64,000 nucleotides of DNA from a virus (IMGVR_UViG_3300033121_001553:1-64000); one strand, 5' to 3'. Numbered from the stretch's first letter, positions 49,912-60,567 are shown. Program-made: numbers and translations. The notes: generated from the sequence alone by a model not told the origin.

Positions 49912-50870
49912 CAAAACAGCTCCGACTTCATTGCCCAGTCATACGTAAGTTTCAAGCCATCCTTCAACGCTACTGTCGGCTTATAACCGATCAGTTTGAT
50001 CTTATCGATAGAAGCGCATGTACGTTCAACATCGCCAGGACGTTTTGGCGCAACGTGCATCTTTACGTTGCTGCGAAGTGCGCAAAGTTCGGTCATAATT
50101 TCGTTATTCGAAACATCTGTCCCAGTTCCGACATTGTAGTTCTCAGCTATCGGAGACCACGCATGTGATCTTGCTGTTAGCAGTCTTTTGATCGCTATAG
50201 CATTAGCTTGTACAACGTCTTCAACGAAAACCATATCTCGTCTTTGCTCTCCCGTACCGTCCATTCTGCACGACTGATCTCTCTTCACTCTATGAAGCCA
50301 TGAAGATATCGCTGTCGAGTACGCTGAGTTGCCTAGCTGATTTGGTCCATAAACGTTAAAATATCGCAATGAAATTGAATAAAGCCCGTAAAGTCGTGAA
50401 TACAGCTCAAGGTACTGTTCGCAAACGTACTTATGAAGCCCGTACGGGCTATTTTGTAGCTTATGACAGTCTTCTTGCGTTGGAATCTGCAACGCATCAC
50501 CATAAACTGCGCTTGAGCTTGCAAAAACAACAGGAGTTTTGCTTTTTGCAGCTGCGTGAAATAGAATCAAAGACTTATTAACGTTTTCTTCGTGCGACTC
50601 ATATGGATGCTGAACGCTGTACTCAACACGCGGTACTGCAGCTTGATGACAGATCAACGCATATTTTGAGTTCTCAACGTCTTGCACAACCGATGTATCA
50701 GAAAAGTCAGCAACTCGTACATCAGAATTTACAGGTATGAATTCTCTCACACCAGCAGAAAGATTATCTACTACAGTGATATCGTATTCGCTGCTTAGCT
50801 TGTTGTAAATGTTGCTACCGATAAACCCGCAGCCGCCAGTTAGAAGTATTTTCTTTTTCATTGTTTTCAT
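49911..50870 (-). CDS. NAD-dependent nucleotide-sugar epimerase/dehydratase
   Basis: TGGCGFIGS, ASSSAVYG, PYGLHK, LRYFNVYGP. Confidence 0.92.
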   Translation of the reverse strand: MKTMKKKILLTGGCGFIGSNIYNKLSSEYDITVVDNLSAGVREFIPVNSDVRVADFSDTSVVQDVENSKYALICHQAAVPRVEYSVQHPYESHEENVNKSLILFHAAAKSKTPVVFASSSAVYGDALQIPTQEDCHKLQNSPYGLHKYVCEQYLELYSRLYGLYSISLRYFNVYGPNQLGNSAYSTAISSWLHRVKRDQSCRMDGTGEQRRDMVFVEDVVQANAIAIKRLLTARSHAWSPIAENYNVGTGTDVSNNEIMTELCALRSNVKMHVAPKRPGDVERTCASIDKIKLIGYKPTVALKDGLKLTYDWAMKSELF

Positions 50871-51406
50871 TCGAATATATCAGGGAACTGAGTTCTTATT
50901 TGTGATATCTCGTTTCTAAGATTTTCATCGTCTACATTTACGAATGCTACTTTGCATTTCGTGAAATGCTTAGCAAAGTATTCGTATGCATCATCGATAT
51001 TACGCATAACGTACTCGTCGATCACATCGAACTGATCGTCTGACATACCGATGTAAGACGATCTCTTGCATATGATGATGCGTGCATCAAGCTGAGCGTA
51101 GACTTCATCTACTCTGCGAAGTAGCTCTATATCTGTGTTACGACTAAACACTGAAGAGTACGCATATTCGGACGGGTAACATCTATCCATTATAACAGAT
51201 GCACGTGTTTGTACGAGATAGCTTGCGAAGTATGGTTCAACGAATTTTGTTGAAGTCGCAAAGTCAGTTCCACCCATATTTCTAAAGTGGATTTTTTCTG
51301 CTTCATTCTTGAAGTACGGTACACCAGTTATTCGTGATAGTTCCTTTGAGATCTCTGTTTTGCCACATCGATCTGGGCCTTCGAATAGAATAACTTTTTG
51401 TTTCAT
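50867..51406 (-). CDS. dNMP kinase (thymidylate-kinase-like)
   Basis: ILFEGPDRCGKT P-loop; MDR..PSE..Y. Confidence 0.85.
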   Translation of the reverse strand: MKQKVILFEGPDRCGKTEISKELSRITGVPYFKNEAEKIHFRNMGGTDFATSTKFVEPYFASYLVQTRASVIMDRCYPSEYAYSSVFSRNTDIELLRRVDEVYAQLDARIIICKRSSYIGMSDDQFDVIDEYVMRNIDDAYEYFAKHFTKCKVAFVNVDDENLRNEISQIRTQFPDIFE

Positions 51407-52473
51407 AGCACATCCAAAAATTGATCAACAGCACTTACAACATCGAAAGTAAGCCCATGGGCGTTACCAAACTTCAACAGCTCATATTCTTGCGCCTCAA
51501 CAACTTCAGATCTCCATATCATCTGTTCGCTATGGACACGAACTTTCTTGATCAGATCTGATGTTGAGTCAGCAACGCTTGACGCACCGAGTATTTCGCT
51601 GTAAGCAAACTCATGAGGAACTATTGCTGGTACATTCGCTGCAATTGCTTCCATGTAACGTGCTGTAACGAATCCGTGCTTTGAGTACTCATCTTTTGCA
51701 ATATGCGTCGTACATATGCAAGATGACAAGAAATTCATCGACTGCTTAAAGTCAAGTCTATCACCAAACATAACGTTCGGGTACGACTGGATCAGCAAAC
51801 TTGGATCAAATCTCTCTTTTGAACGTTGCAGCCAATTTCCGTTAACACGCGTTTGAATTCCTATCGATCTGAGCGATCCGGCTGGAAACGCGTAGTACTT
51901 TTCAAACTGTAGTGCACGTTCGTAGTTATTTCCAACGTATCCATACGTGTACGAATAACCTGGATGCTTGCACCAGCTAAACTTTTTCCCAGGCTTGAAA
52001 AAGAAAGGGTACGGTATTCTTGTCATTCCAGCAACTGTACGTGGACTAATGCATGGATCGAATATCGTAATGTTATCGTACTTATTAAGTATTTTTTCGT
52101 CTTCGATCGTCATCTTCATGTCCATATCCCAGATGACGACTGGTATGTTGCCGCAGTAATGTTCAAGCAGCTCTTTCTGTCGTAGATAGTCTGGTTCGTC
52201 GCCGAGTAGAACATCTCCGTATACAGAATTTTTATGTGTAATCCATCGCCACTCGACGAGCAACGCATCTATTTCTGGAAGATCATTGCTATACGTAACA
52301 CCAGGGTATGGCGTTTCTTCACGTCTTTGTTGAAGAGCAATTACTTCATGACCACGCGCGATCAGCTCATCAACCATAAGTGGTCGACCAAATCTGTGAC
52401 CATCTGGTGTAGCAGAAGCTTTTGCGTCTTCCCACTTTTCAAGGTATCCCCAGTAACTAATTCCAATTTTCAA
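51403..52473 (-). CDS. GT-B glycosyltransferase (DNA sugar transferase candidate)
   Basis: MKIGIS, L..RGHEV, YVGNNYER, IAKDEY..GFVT.R.MEA; operon context. Confidence 0.65.
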   Translation of the reverse strand: MKIGISYWGYLEKWEDAKASATPDGHRFGRPLMVDELIARGHEVIALQQRREETPYPGVTYSNDLPEIDALLVEWRWITHKNSVYGDVLLGDEPDYLRQKELLEHYCGNIPVVIWDMDMKMTIEDEKILNKYDNITIFDPCISPRTVAGMTRIPYPFFFKPGKKFSWCKHPGYSYTYGYVGNNYERALQFEKYYAFPAGSLRSIGIQTRVNGNWLQRSKERFDPSLLIQSYPNVMFGDRLDFKQSMNFLSSCICTTHIAKDEYSKHGFVTARYMEAIAANVPAIVPHEFAYSEILGASSVADSTSDLIKKVRVHSEQMIWRSEVVEAQEYELLKFGNAHGLTFDVVSAVDQFLDVL

Positions 52474-53492
52474 AATAGTCGCTCCTTCCAGCTTCTTGGT
52501 ATATTCAGCGGTGAGTTATAAACTTCTATCGGCGTATGATAAACAAAGTTACGTGTACCACGCTTACGAATGTAAGCAACTACTGAATTAATATTCTCTT
52601 CTAGAGAAATCGTTTGTTTGAAATTGAAACGTTGCTTGATTTTATCGCTGCTGCACATACTAAGCTTTACTTCTGTCGGTCTTGGCTCTATGTACAGTGG
52701 ATCAAGTGACTTGAATCCTACACTGTCTGCTATCATAGATGCTAGACGATTCACAGTAACAAATTCTTTTGGATCATCTGGACCAATGTTGAATACCTCG
52801 CCGTGCTCGATCCTAGCATCAAGCAGCATCACAAGCGTTTGAATGTTATCTCTTACATCGCAGAATCCACGTGCTTGCTGACCGTCACCGTAGATAATCG
52901 GTTGACGTCCTTGAAGCATCATGTTAGCCATGATGCTCATAACATTTCTGAACGGATCATCGTATCTTTGCCTTGGTCCATTAACATTGTGCGGTACAAC
53001 GTGGCACACTTCTACATCGTGTAGTTTGCCAACGAGATTCATCTGCTGCTCAGCGAACAGCTTTGCTTGCCCGTATGGATCAACGGGTGATGGTACGCTT
53101 GACTCTCTGTACGGTAGCGTACCATGACCGTAACGCGCCATTGAAGACATATTAACAACTCGCTTTACGCGAGCATTAGCAGCAGCTGTGATAACAGCCG
53201 TAGACGAGCCAACTATGTTCTGTGTTATTGCGGTTGGCGCGAACACAGAATAACCTTCGTACGCAGCCGCTGCAGCATGATAAACAAAGTCAACGCCAAC
53301 AAAGCAGTCAACAAGTTTTGTATAGTCTTCAAGGCTACGATTAACAAATTGAAAGTTCTTATGAACTGGAATGTTATCAGCATAACCACTTGATAGATTG
53401 TCTATTCCGACTACGTTGTGCCCAAGCTCGAGAAGAGCATCGCACAACCAGCTACCGATCAAACCGGCGCAGCCAGTTACAATGATTTTCAT
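52470..53492 (-). CDS. NAD-dependent nucleotide-sugar epimerase/dehydratase
   Basis: TGCAGLIGS, SSMARYG, PYGQAK, HNV.GP. Confidence 0.92.
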   Translation of the reverse strand: MKIIVTGCAGLIGSWLCDALLELGHNVVGIDNLSSGYADNIPVHKNFQFVNRSLEDYTKLVDCFVGVDFVYHAAAAAYEGYSVFAPTAITQNIVGSSTAVITAAANARVKRVVNMSSMARYGHGTLPYRESSVPSPVDPYGQAKLFAEQQMNLVGKLHDVEVCHVVPHNVNGPRQRYDDPFRNVMSIMANMMLQGRQPIIYGDGQQARGFCDVRDNIQTLVMLLDARIEHGEVFNIGPDDPKEFVTVNRLASMIADSVGFKSLDPLYIEPRPTEVKLSMCSSDKIKQRFNFKQTISLEENINSVVAYIRKRGTRNFVYHTPIEVYNSPLNIPRSWKERLF

Positions 53493-53499
53493 ATGATGA

Positions 53500-53528
53500 A
53501 TTATATGAATTTTATGGCTATGTTACAA
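53500..53528 (-). promoter_or_regulatory. Putative sigma70-like promoter of the modification operon
   Basis: TTGTAA, 17 nt, TATAAT, 7 nt, ATG at 53492. Confidence 0.55.
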
Positions 53529-53548
53529 CTTGTAGAATTGCAACAAAT

Positions 53549-53752
53549 TAATTTTTTACCAACAACTATGTTGAAACGACAATGTACAATATCGTCATGA
53601 CCAGAAGACGCAGACACAAAAGTTGGACAGGCTCCATCTCCAACGTCTGCTAGTTGTTTTACAAGACAAGCAATTGCTTGAGCTGCCTCTTCTCGTGACA
53701 GCTCAAGCATAAATTCAGTAGTGTCTTTTGACAGCTTATGCAACTTTGCCAT
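53549..53752 (-). CDS. Small hypothetical protein; ends at TTA
   Basis: TTA at 53549-53551 stops it before the promoter. Confidence 0.55.
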
Positions 53753-53792
53753 AAAAACAAAATTACATAAATTGAAATATTGCTACAAAAGA

Positions 53793-54389
53793 TAAAACAA
53801 GCGCAGACTTCTTTAGTCTTTGCTGCAGAAGATAGCAGCTTGACTCATGCTCATCTTCTATGCCAGCAAGCATATTGTCAACACCACGCGTCAAAGTACC
53901 GCTTTCTTTCATGCAGTCTGCTGCTGATGCACAAAATGCCATGAACGTAACCTCAGCTTTGAGTGCCATTGACGCAAGCTGCTCTGCTGACGCACCTGTT
54001 GCCGAAGCGCCATCGCACATTACTTCAAACGCGTCTTGCACTAGTTCAGCGTGAGTTACGCAACTCACGATCGAAGAGTCGCCGCTGGTGCCAACAGCTT
54101 TTTCTGCGAGAACGTCAACATTACCGTCTGCCGTACCATACAACCGTGAGAATAGTTCATGATCTGCGTAAAACTGTTGACCCATCGTCTGCCAATGACA
54201 CGTCTGCAGTATCATAGCAAGAGCACGTGCACACGCAGCAAGAACGGCAAGCTCGCACGACTTTGAGCCACCAAGCTTTTCGCACATATTTTCAAAAATA
54301 AGCGCGTAGTTCGTTTGTCCAAGCAAAAGAACAAACGTAGCTTCATCAAGCTTACGATGCTTAGATGAAGAGGAAGTTATTTTTCTCAA
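53793..54389 (-). CDS. Dps/ferritin-like protein; ends at TTA
   Basis: HWQT.G..FY.DHELF.RLY......D.LAEK; EDEHE...YLLQQR; TTG start with AGAGGAG SD. Confidence 0.8.
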
Positions 54390-54654
54390 GTTCTATTCTC
54401 CTCTGTTCCATTTCATCTGCGTGCTTTACAACTTCAGCATACAACTTTTTACGATCCCATTCCATTCCAAAGCTTTTACGTGCTTTAACATACTGAACGA
54501 CCGCAGCTGACTCCCAGCCACGGTCGAGCGTTCTGCGTCCGTACATCTCATAAATGTCACGTGCAGCATTGAAATAGTCGTACTTCGTTGGATCATCTGG
54601 AGCTTTGACAGCTTCAGACAGAAGTTTTTTTAGTTCAGATTTCCTAATTCTCAC
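54361..54654 (-). CDS. Leader-bearing small protein
   Basis: GTG start, MRIRKSELKKLLSEA. Confidence 0.7.
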   Translation of the reverse strand: MRIRKSELKKLLSEAVKAPDDPTKYDYFNAARDIYEMYGRRTLDRGWESAAVVQYVKARKSFGMEWDRKKLYAEVVKHADEMEQRRIELEKNNFLFI

Positions 54655-54663
54655 GTTACATAA

Positions 54664-55203
54664 CTATACATCTGTTATGTAACTCGACCATGACTCGTGC
54701 CATCCATGCACATCTGATCTACGCACGTATTTGCTTATGAAATGATAACGATCAGGAATCTTTGGCTTCGCGAACTTCATCGTGAGACCTGATTCTTCGA
54801 GTGTGCTTGCCCCTTTCTTCGCATTGCATGGCAGGCAAGAAGTAATACAGTTCAGCCATGAATTTTCCCCGCCAAGCGAACGAGGTTTTATATGGTCAAT
54901 TGTAGCTGACTTACTATTCACTGGATCACCACAGTAAGCGCATCTCCACTTGTCTCTGTTGAAAATAACATTTTTACTGAACTGTAGTCTTGACGGCATG
55001 AATCTGCTTCTGTCTTCTCTTAGGCGCAAGACAGCTGGCAAAACGTGCTTCGAACCTTTAGACGGCCATGTGTCTATCAAGTCAACGACACCACGTCTAT
55101 GCAAGCTTATAGCTCTCTGGTACGATACAAATCGTAGCGGTCTCCACGCTGTATCAAGCAACAAACAGTCATTCTCGTAATTCGTTTTATTTCTTTTTGA
55201 CAT
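54664..55203 (-). CDS. HNH endonuclease
   Basis: RDKWRCAYCG, TIDHIKPRSLGG, N...C..CN.KK; start 55203 or 55224. Confidence 0.92.
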   Translation of the reverse strand: MSKRNKTNYENDCLLLDTAWRPLRFVSYQRAISLHRRGVVDLIDTWPSKGSKHVLPAVLRLREDRSRFMPSRLQFSKNVIFNRDKWRCAYCGDPVNSKSATIDHIKPRSLGGENSWLNCITSCLPCNAKKGASTLEESGLTMKFAKPKIPDRYHFISKYVRRSDVHGWHESWSSYITDV

Positions 55204-55226
55204 CGTCGTGCGCTCCCGTAGCATTT

Positions 55227-58200
55227 TAACACAAGTCGTCTTGTTTTGTACGCTGATGTGCTGATGCCTCTTTCATCTCTTGCAAGTTCTGCGATATAGA
55301 TTGAGCCAACTGTTATGGTCTCTGTTGGCTTTAGTCCCCAACAGAAAAATCTTTGAACAATTCCTGCATAACCCAACCCATCAATAACAGCAAAATCTTT
55401 ACCTGTTTTTGTCTTTTTTACACGTACTTCTGTCGTCAGAAACCAGCATAGCCTTGTCTCACCAATCTGCAAATCATCGATAGACAGTATACCACGTTGT
55501 TCCAGTCTCTCTTGGATATGCGATGGTATAAGCTGATTTGTATCGAACTTCCCAAGTAGCTCTGTCATATGCTCGATTTTTTCTGGAATGCTCCAGTCTT
55601 CATCAGACTGACTTACCATCAAATCGACGAGCATGTTCTTACCATTCTTCTTTTTTAGCTTATCGTAGTTACCGATTATGATGCTATGCATAGAAGCGTA
55701 CGACTTGAATGCGCACGGATCGCTACTATCAACAATTTTCATTGACTCAAAAGCGCCAACTTTGATCAAATTCTCGAACACTCTTTTGTTGAACTTGCTG
55801 TGTTTCCATGTACCATCATCGTTCCACAGCAACTCAAAAAGAGAGTTATAGGGTCGATTTTCCAGTATCTCTTCGATAGCTGCTGAGCCGACACCCTTTA
55901 CTGTTTTAAACGATGGAATAAGTAGCTTTTCGTCGTGTGAGCTCACGCTCCACTCTGCTGTAGACTCGTTGATATCAACACTACCGATCTTGTAGCCAAG
56001 CGAACGTATCTCGTTCATTGCTACGATGCGTGACTCTGGATCTCCAAGCATTGTTTCTGCGTACGCGCACAGCCACTCGGGCGCGTAGTACGTCAGTAGA
56101 TACGCGCACATATACGAGTCAACTGAGTACGCGACTGCATGCGATGAGTTGAACGCGTAGCTTGCGAACGCCGCCAAGTCATCGAAGAGTCTACGTGCCT
56201 TGTCTTCAGCGAGACCATTCGCAACAGCACCAGTGATAAACTTCTCTTCGAGGATCTGAATTGCCGACTTTTGTCCACTTTGACCAGAAACGCTGCGCTT
56301 CAAAATATTCTTGCGAAGCTTATCGCAGTCATCTTCGTTCATGCCTGATAGCTCAGCTGCTAGCTGCATGAGCTGCTCTTGAAATATGCAGAAACCATAC
56401 GTTTTACCGAGTACTTTTTCTATCGCAGGATGATCGTACTTCTTGACAAAGCCAGCTTCAGCAGCGTTCTTTGCCTCGATGTACTTCTTATCAACATCAG
56501 CCGCGAGCGGACCGGGCCTGTAGATCGACGTTGCAACAGATAGGTCATATATGCTACGCGGCTTGAAGTTCATGATGAAACGCTGCGTATGCTTCGCTGT
56601 AAATTGAAATATGCCAGCGAAGTTACCGTTGTGAAACACGTTTTCGTAAACATGCTGATCGTCCATCGCATTCACGTCTGGATGCAACGTTTCTTCGATC
56701 CACTTTTTGACGTTCGGCCATGAAACATGAACGTACCCATGACGACGTTTCAATATGAGTTCAACTGCACGCTCAATGATACGCAACGTTTCAAGACCAA
56801 GAAGATCGAACTTAATGAGCCCGTAGACCTCGAGATCTTTTCTATTCATGCCCTCTGTCCACGGCGTACGCAGCTCGCCTTGAGCAGCTATGATCGGCAT
56901 CGCTCTGTCAGCATCTTCAGTTACAATCACACCGCCAGCATGCTTACCGATGCTACGTAGCTGCCTGTACAAGATTCTCGTAGGCGACTCAATCTGCGGG
57001 TACTTTTCGATAAAGGTACGAAACTTATCGCTATACTTCATGCAGTCGTCGAACTTTAGCATGAAGAGCGACTTGTTTTCGCCGTCTGGCATAGCCTTCG
57101 GTCTGACTTCTTCGTCAAGAAAACGTGTTGCTTCGTTAACTTCAGCAAAGTCAATCCCGTAAAATCGTGAGATGTCTTTCACCAGAGACTTAAGCTGCAG
57201 CGTGTTGTAGTTGACAATCGGATAAACATTTTCGTTACCAAACTGCTCACGCATCATCTCGATCAACGTTTCTCTGTTTGAAACGTCTGTGTCAACGTCT
57301 GGTGGATCCTTACGAGATGCACTAATGAATCTGCTGAACAGTAGATTATGCTTCAGTGGATCAAGCTGCGTTATTCCAAGTATGTAGTTCACAAGTGAAC
57401 CACAACCAGATCCACGCCCTGGTCCAACGAGTCCAACGCCGTCTGCAATATCGATGATCGACTTCATCGTAATGAAGTAAAGTGAGAAGTCTTTCTCGCG
57501 AATCATCTTTAGTTCTGTCTTAAGCCTATCGATGTACTCAGGCTTGTCTTGTATCTTGCGTTTCTTCATGCCAGCTTTGCACAGTTCGACAAGATAACCG
57601 AACGGATCCATGCCAGCTGGCACCAAAAAACGTGGCAACTTCATCGTTGTATCTGGTTGCACATCTCCTATCATTTCATGAGCTATGCTCCACGTATCTT
57701 CTATCGCTTTTGAGATGACATCATCTTCGTAAAACGACATACCATCGCAGTAGTCTTTATAAGACCGCCACATCTGCTCAGCGTTCTTCGGATAAAGCTC
57801 GCACTTGAGAGCAGACTGATCTTGCGGTAGCATTGACGGATCTATCTGCTCGTAGTTAAGCCGTCCAAGACGTTTGTAAAGCTCACGCTCTCTCCACAGC
57901 TCAGGTCTGCAGTAGTGTGAGTCTGCTGTCGCGATTGGGCTTAGACCATTACGTTTGCAAAATTCAAGCAAAGCTCTGTTAACGAGATGCTGTTCTTCGA
58001 GTTTGTTGAACTGAATCTCGTGAAATACGTTCTCAGCGCCAACAGCGTCTACAAGCTGATCGTGCGTATTACCGATCGCACGAAGAACTTTTTCCATCTT
58101 CGTTGGATCATCTAGCACTTTCCAGTTAAGCTGACTCTTATCTAGATCTGAGAGCGAATAGAAAGTATCGTACGCAAAAGGTCCACCGATGCAAGCTGAA

Positions 58201-58736
58201 CTTACTATTACGTCTTTTCCATATTCTTTAAGCATTGCTCTGTCAATGCGAGGAAACTTATAGAACCCTCGCTTGTTAGACAGCGAAACAAGCTTAAAAA
58301 TATTCTTCAGTCCTTCAGACGACTTCGCTAGCAGCACAAGATGATGTCGACGCTTTACAGGATTGAACCACTTGCTTGCATCTTTTGTCTCTTCTTCGTT
58401 CTCTATTGTGCTGCCGTCATCTTCATCTGACTTTTTCTTCTTTTCTCGCATCTCTTCTAGATGCGCTTCGTAGTGTGCACGCCATTCAGTCAAGTCGGGA
58501 TGATAGTACGCTTCAACGCCGGGAAGAAATTTGAATTTCTTCCCCGCTTTGTTCATGGCAACTGAATTTTGATGCGCATGCGGAAACATGTTCATATTTC
58601 CATGATCTGTAAGTGCAAGCGCATCCATGCCATTCTCAAAAGCGAAGTTCTGATGCTCGTCTGGATACCCAAGCCCGTCCATCATCGAGCCAACAGAATG
58701 CGCATGCAGTCCAACGAATTTTTTTGGAGCGTTCAT
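55227..58736 (-). CDS. dnaE: DNA polymerase III alpha subunit; ends at TTA
   Basis: PHP domain HAHS..DG, TDHG, GRGSG.GSLV, PDVDTD, KFDLLGL, YAFN.SH, OB fold; only in-frame TTA before the track's stop checked at 55227-55229. Confidence 0.97.
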
Positions 58737-58738
58737 CT

Positions 58739-58963
58739 TTATTTGCTTTCGTCAGCAACAACTACACCGTTGCTAAGACACATATTACATTTGTAGTGTT
58801 TATGTGGAATTACTATATCGCAGCTTCCACAGAATATCATCTCAATGATATTTTGCTTGCTGCCATAACAAACATAGCTGTCTACGTAGCGTGAATTACG
58901 TAGACAGCTATGACATGTCGTTACTTCGCAAGCAAGCAAAGAGCTCAACGAACAGAGCTTCAA
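58739..58963 (-). CDS. Small Cys-rich (Zn-binding) hypothetical protein
   Basis: Several CxxC pairs; ATGA coupling with dnaE. Confidence 0.5.
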   Translation of the reverse strand: MKLCSLSSLLACEVTTCHSCLRNSRYVDSYVCYGSKQNIIEMIFCGSCDIVIPHKHYKCNMCLSNGVVVADESK

Positions 58964-59283
58964 GTTTTTCTCAGACGGTTAAAAAATCTCTCAGCAGAAC
59001 GCATCGCGTGTTTGATGTACGCAGATCCAGTTGGATTCGAAGAGTGAACATCCCACTCTGGAAATCCATTTAGCTTTCCAAGAGCAGCGAGCTTTTCTAT
59101 GTAACACGCGACAACATAACCGCTTGCTGACTTTTCACCGAGATCGTGATCGAAAGAGATGTGTGTTACATCACCGCGTTTGATCAGTCTACAAGCTTGC
59201 AGCGCAGTTTCGCAGCCGATCCATCCAGCCGGTGTTCTACGATCGCAGTCTTCGTTGCACTTATCATCAAGCCAGACTTTCAT
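58960..59283 (-). CDS. Cyclic-phosphate-processing receiver-domain-like protein
   Basis: KVWLDD..R..P.GW, ISFDHDLG..GY, HSSNP.G; ATG follows an in-frame TTA. Confidence 0.78.
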   Translation of the reverse strand: MKVWLDDKCNEDCDRRTPAGWIGCETALQACRLIKRGDVTHISFDHDLGEKSASGYVVACYIEKLAALGKLNGFPEWDVHSSNPTGSAYIKHAMRSAERFFNRLRKT

Positions 59284-59683
59284 TTTTAACCTCGGCGGGA
59301 GCAAAGCAGAATTGCTTTCCGCAGCTGAAGCATGAAATCGTGAAGTGTTCGAACGGGTGCAGTTCGCATTTCTTTACGATCATGTTTTTCTTTATGACGA
59401 AAATCGTTTCAAGACCGCAAAACTTGCATGTGAATTTGTGCGTATATCCGTCTTCCGTGCATCGCATTCGGTATTTGTTGATCGGCAACAAATTGTTGCG
59501 CTGCGCTTCGAGGTCACGTTTTTCAGATGTTCTGTACGTTTCTCTGCACGTTTCCGGAAACCCCTTTGCATCATCGTCTTTACTTTTGAACTTCGATTGT
59601 ACGCACGTAGTCAAAAGTACAACCACAGTCATCGCCCAAGGAAGAAACAACAAAACGATGAAGGTCATTTTATCGATCGACAT
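59267..59683 (-). CDS. Membrane-anchored Zn-ribbon protein; a separate gene
   Basis: ATG at 59683 (MSIDKMTF), TM segment, CKFCG and CFSCG. Confidence 0.6.
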   Translation of the reverse strand: MSIDKMTFIVLLFLPWAMTVVVLLTTCVQSKFKSKDDDAKGFPETCRETYRTSEKRDLEAQRNNLLPINKYRMRCTEDGYTHKFTCKFCGLETIFVIKKNMIVKKCELHPFEHFTISCFSCGKQFCFAPAEVKNESLA

Positions 59684-59698
59684 GATCAAATTTGCGCG

Positions 59699-60526
59699 TA
59701 ATATCTCAAACACAAACTGCACTTTTGGATCACCGTAGTCAGCGTCACCAACGTTCACAAGTACATTCTTCATTTCAAGATGCCTGCATCGACCATGCGT
59801 ATGACCGCTGTATATCTCGAACAGAACATTTTCGTGTTCTTCGGCACGTTCGGATATGAGAGCGCCAAGCGAAGCATTACAGTACCATGGAAGAAATCCA
59901 GTACCTGACTTCGTTCCTCTGTACATACAAGCATCAACGTAAGGCGGCACATGCGTAGCGATGATGATTTTTTTCGCACCATCAGCAAGCGCTGTATCAA
60001 TTTTATTGATAAGCGCATTGTTATCATCACGCGCTATTTGCTTCGCGCATCGAGCGACAACATCTTTCATTGTGTTAAGAATCTGCGGCGACAGCACACC
60101 GCCTGTCGTCATCATGAATTCTTCTATTGAACGCCAGTCGTTCATGACAAAGTTAGCTGCGTTGTAGTTACCAGCCAACGTATCGTACCAGCCGTCGCAT
60201 CCAACAAGCGCAACATCACCAAAACGTATTGGCGTAGACTGCGTTAGATAAACAAGATCTTCCAGCTTCGACAACGCAGGAAAAACTTTTTTACGCATCT
60301 GTTTGATGCTGCCACCGTAGTAGTCGTGGTTGCCAGCAACGTAATAAATCGGCAGCAATGTCAGCTGCTGTAGTTGCGTTAGATGACTAGCGAAGTCTAT
60401 CGAGTTTGAGATATCGCCCGTGAGCAACACAGCATCAGCGTCTTCACACGATATGCGAGACGCCAGCTTAAGTGCGCAGTCACGGGCACTATCGAGGTGA
60501 ACATCGGTGCACCATGCTATCTTCAT
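59699..60526 (-). CDS. Calcineurin-like metallophosphoesterase; ends at TTA
   Basis: TDVH, TGD, AGNHD, THVPP, SGHTH; 275 aa when stopped at TTA 59699-59701. Confidence 0.9.
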
Positions 60527-60532
60527 GTATTA

Positions 60533-60562
60533 ATAATACTTCATTTACATGGTGCATTGCAC
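60533..60562 (-). promoter_or_regulatory. Putative sigma70-like promoter
   Basis: GTGCAA, 18 nt, TATTAT, 6 nt, ATG at 60526. Confidence 0.5.
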
Positions 60563-60567
60563 ACATT

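Noticed and set aside
54361-54389. Programmed frameshift joining the leader gene to the Dps-like gene
   Set aside because: The Dps-like ORF has its own AGAGGAG Shine-Dalgarno and TTG start, so no frameshift is needed.
54664-58736. Intein or intron in dnaE, or the HNH gene as an intron-encoded mobile element
   Set aside because: DnaE has normal length and continuous motifs; the HNH gene is free-standing once the TTA stop removes the overlap.
59267-60526. Membrane-anchored phosphoesterase fusion (419 aa)
   Set aside because: Best explained as two genes split at the TTA at 59699.
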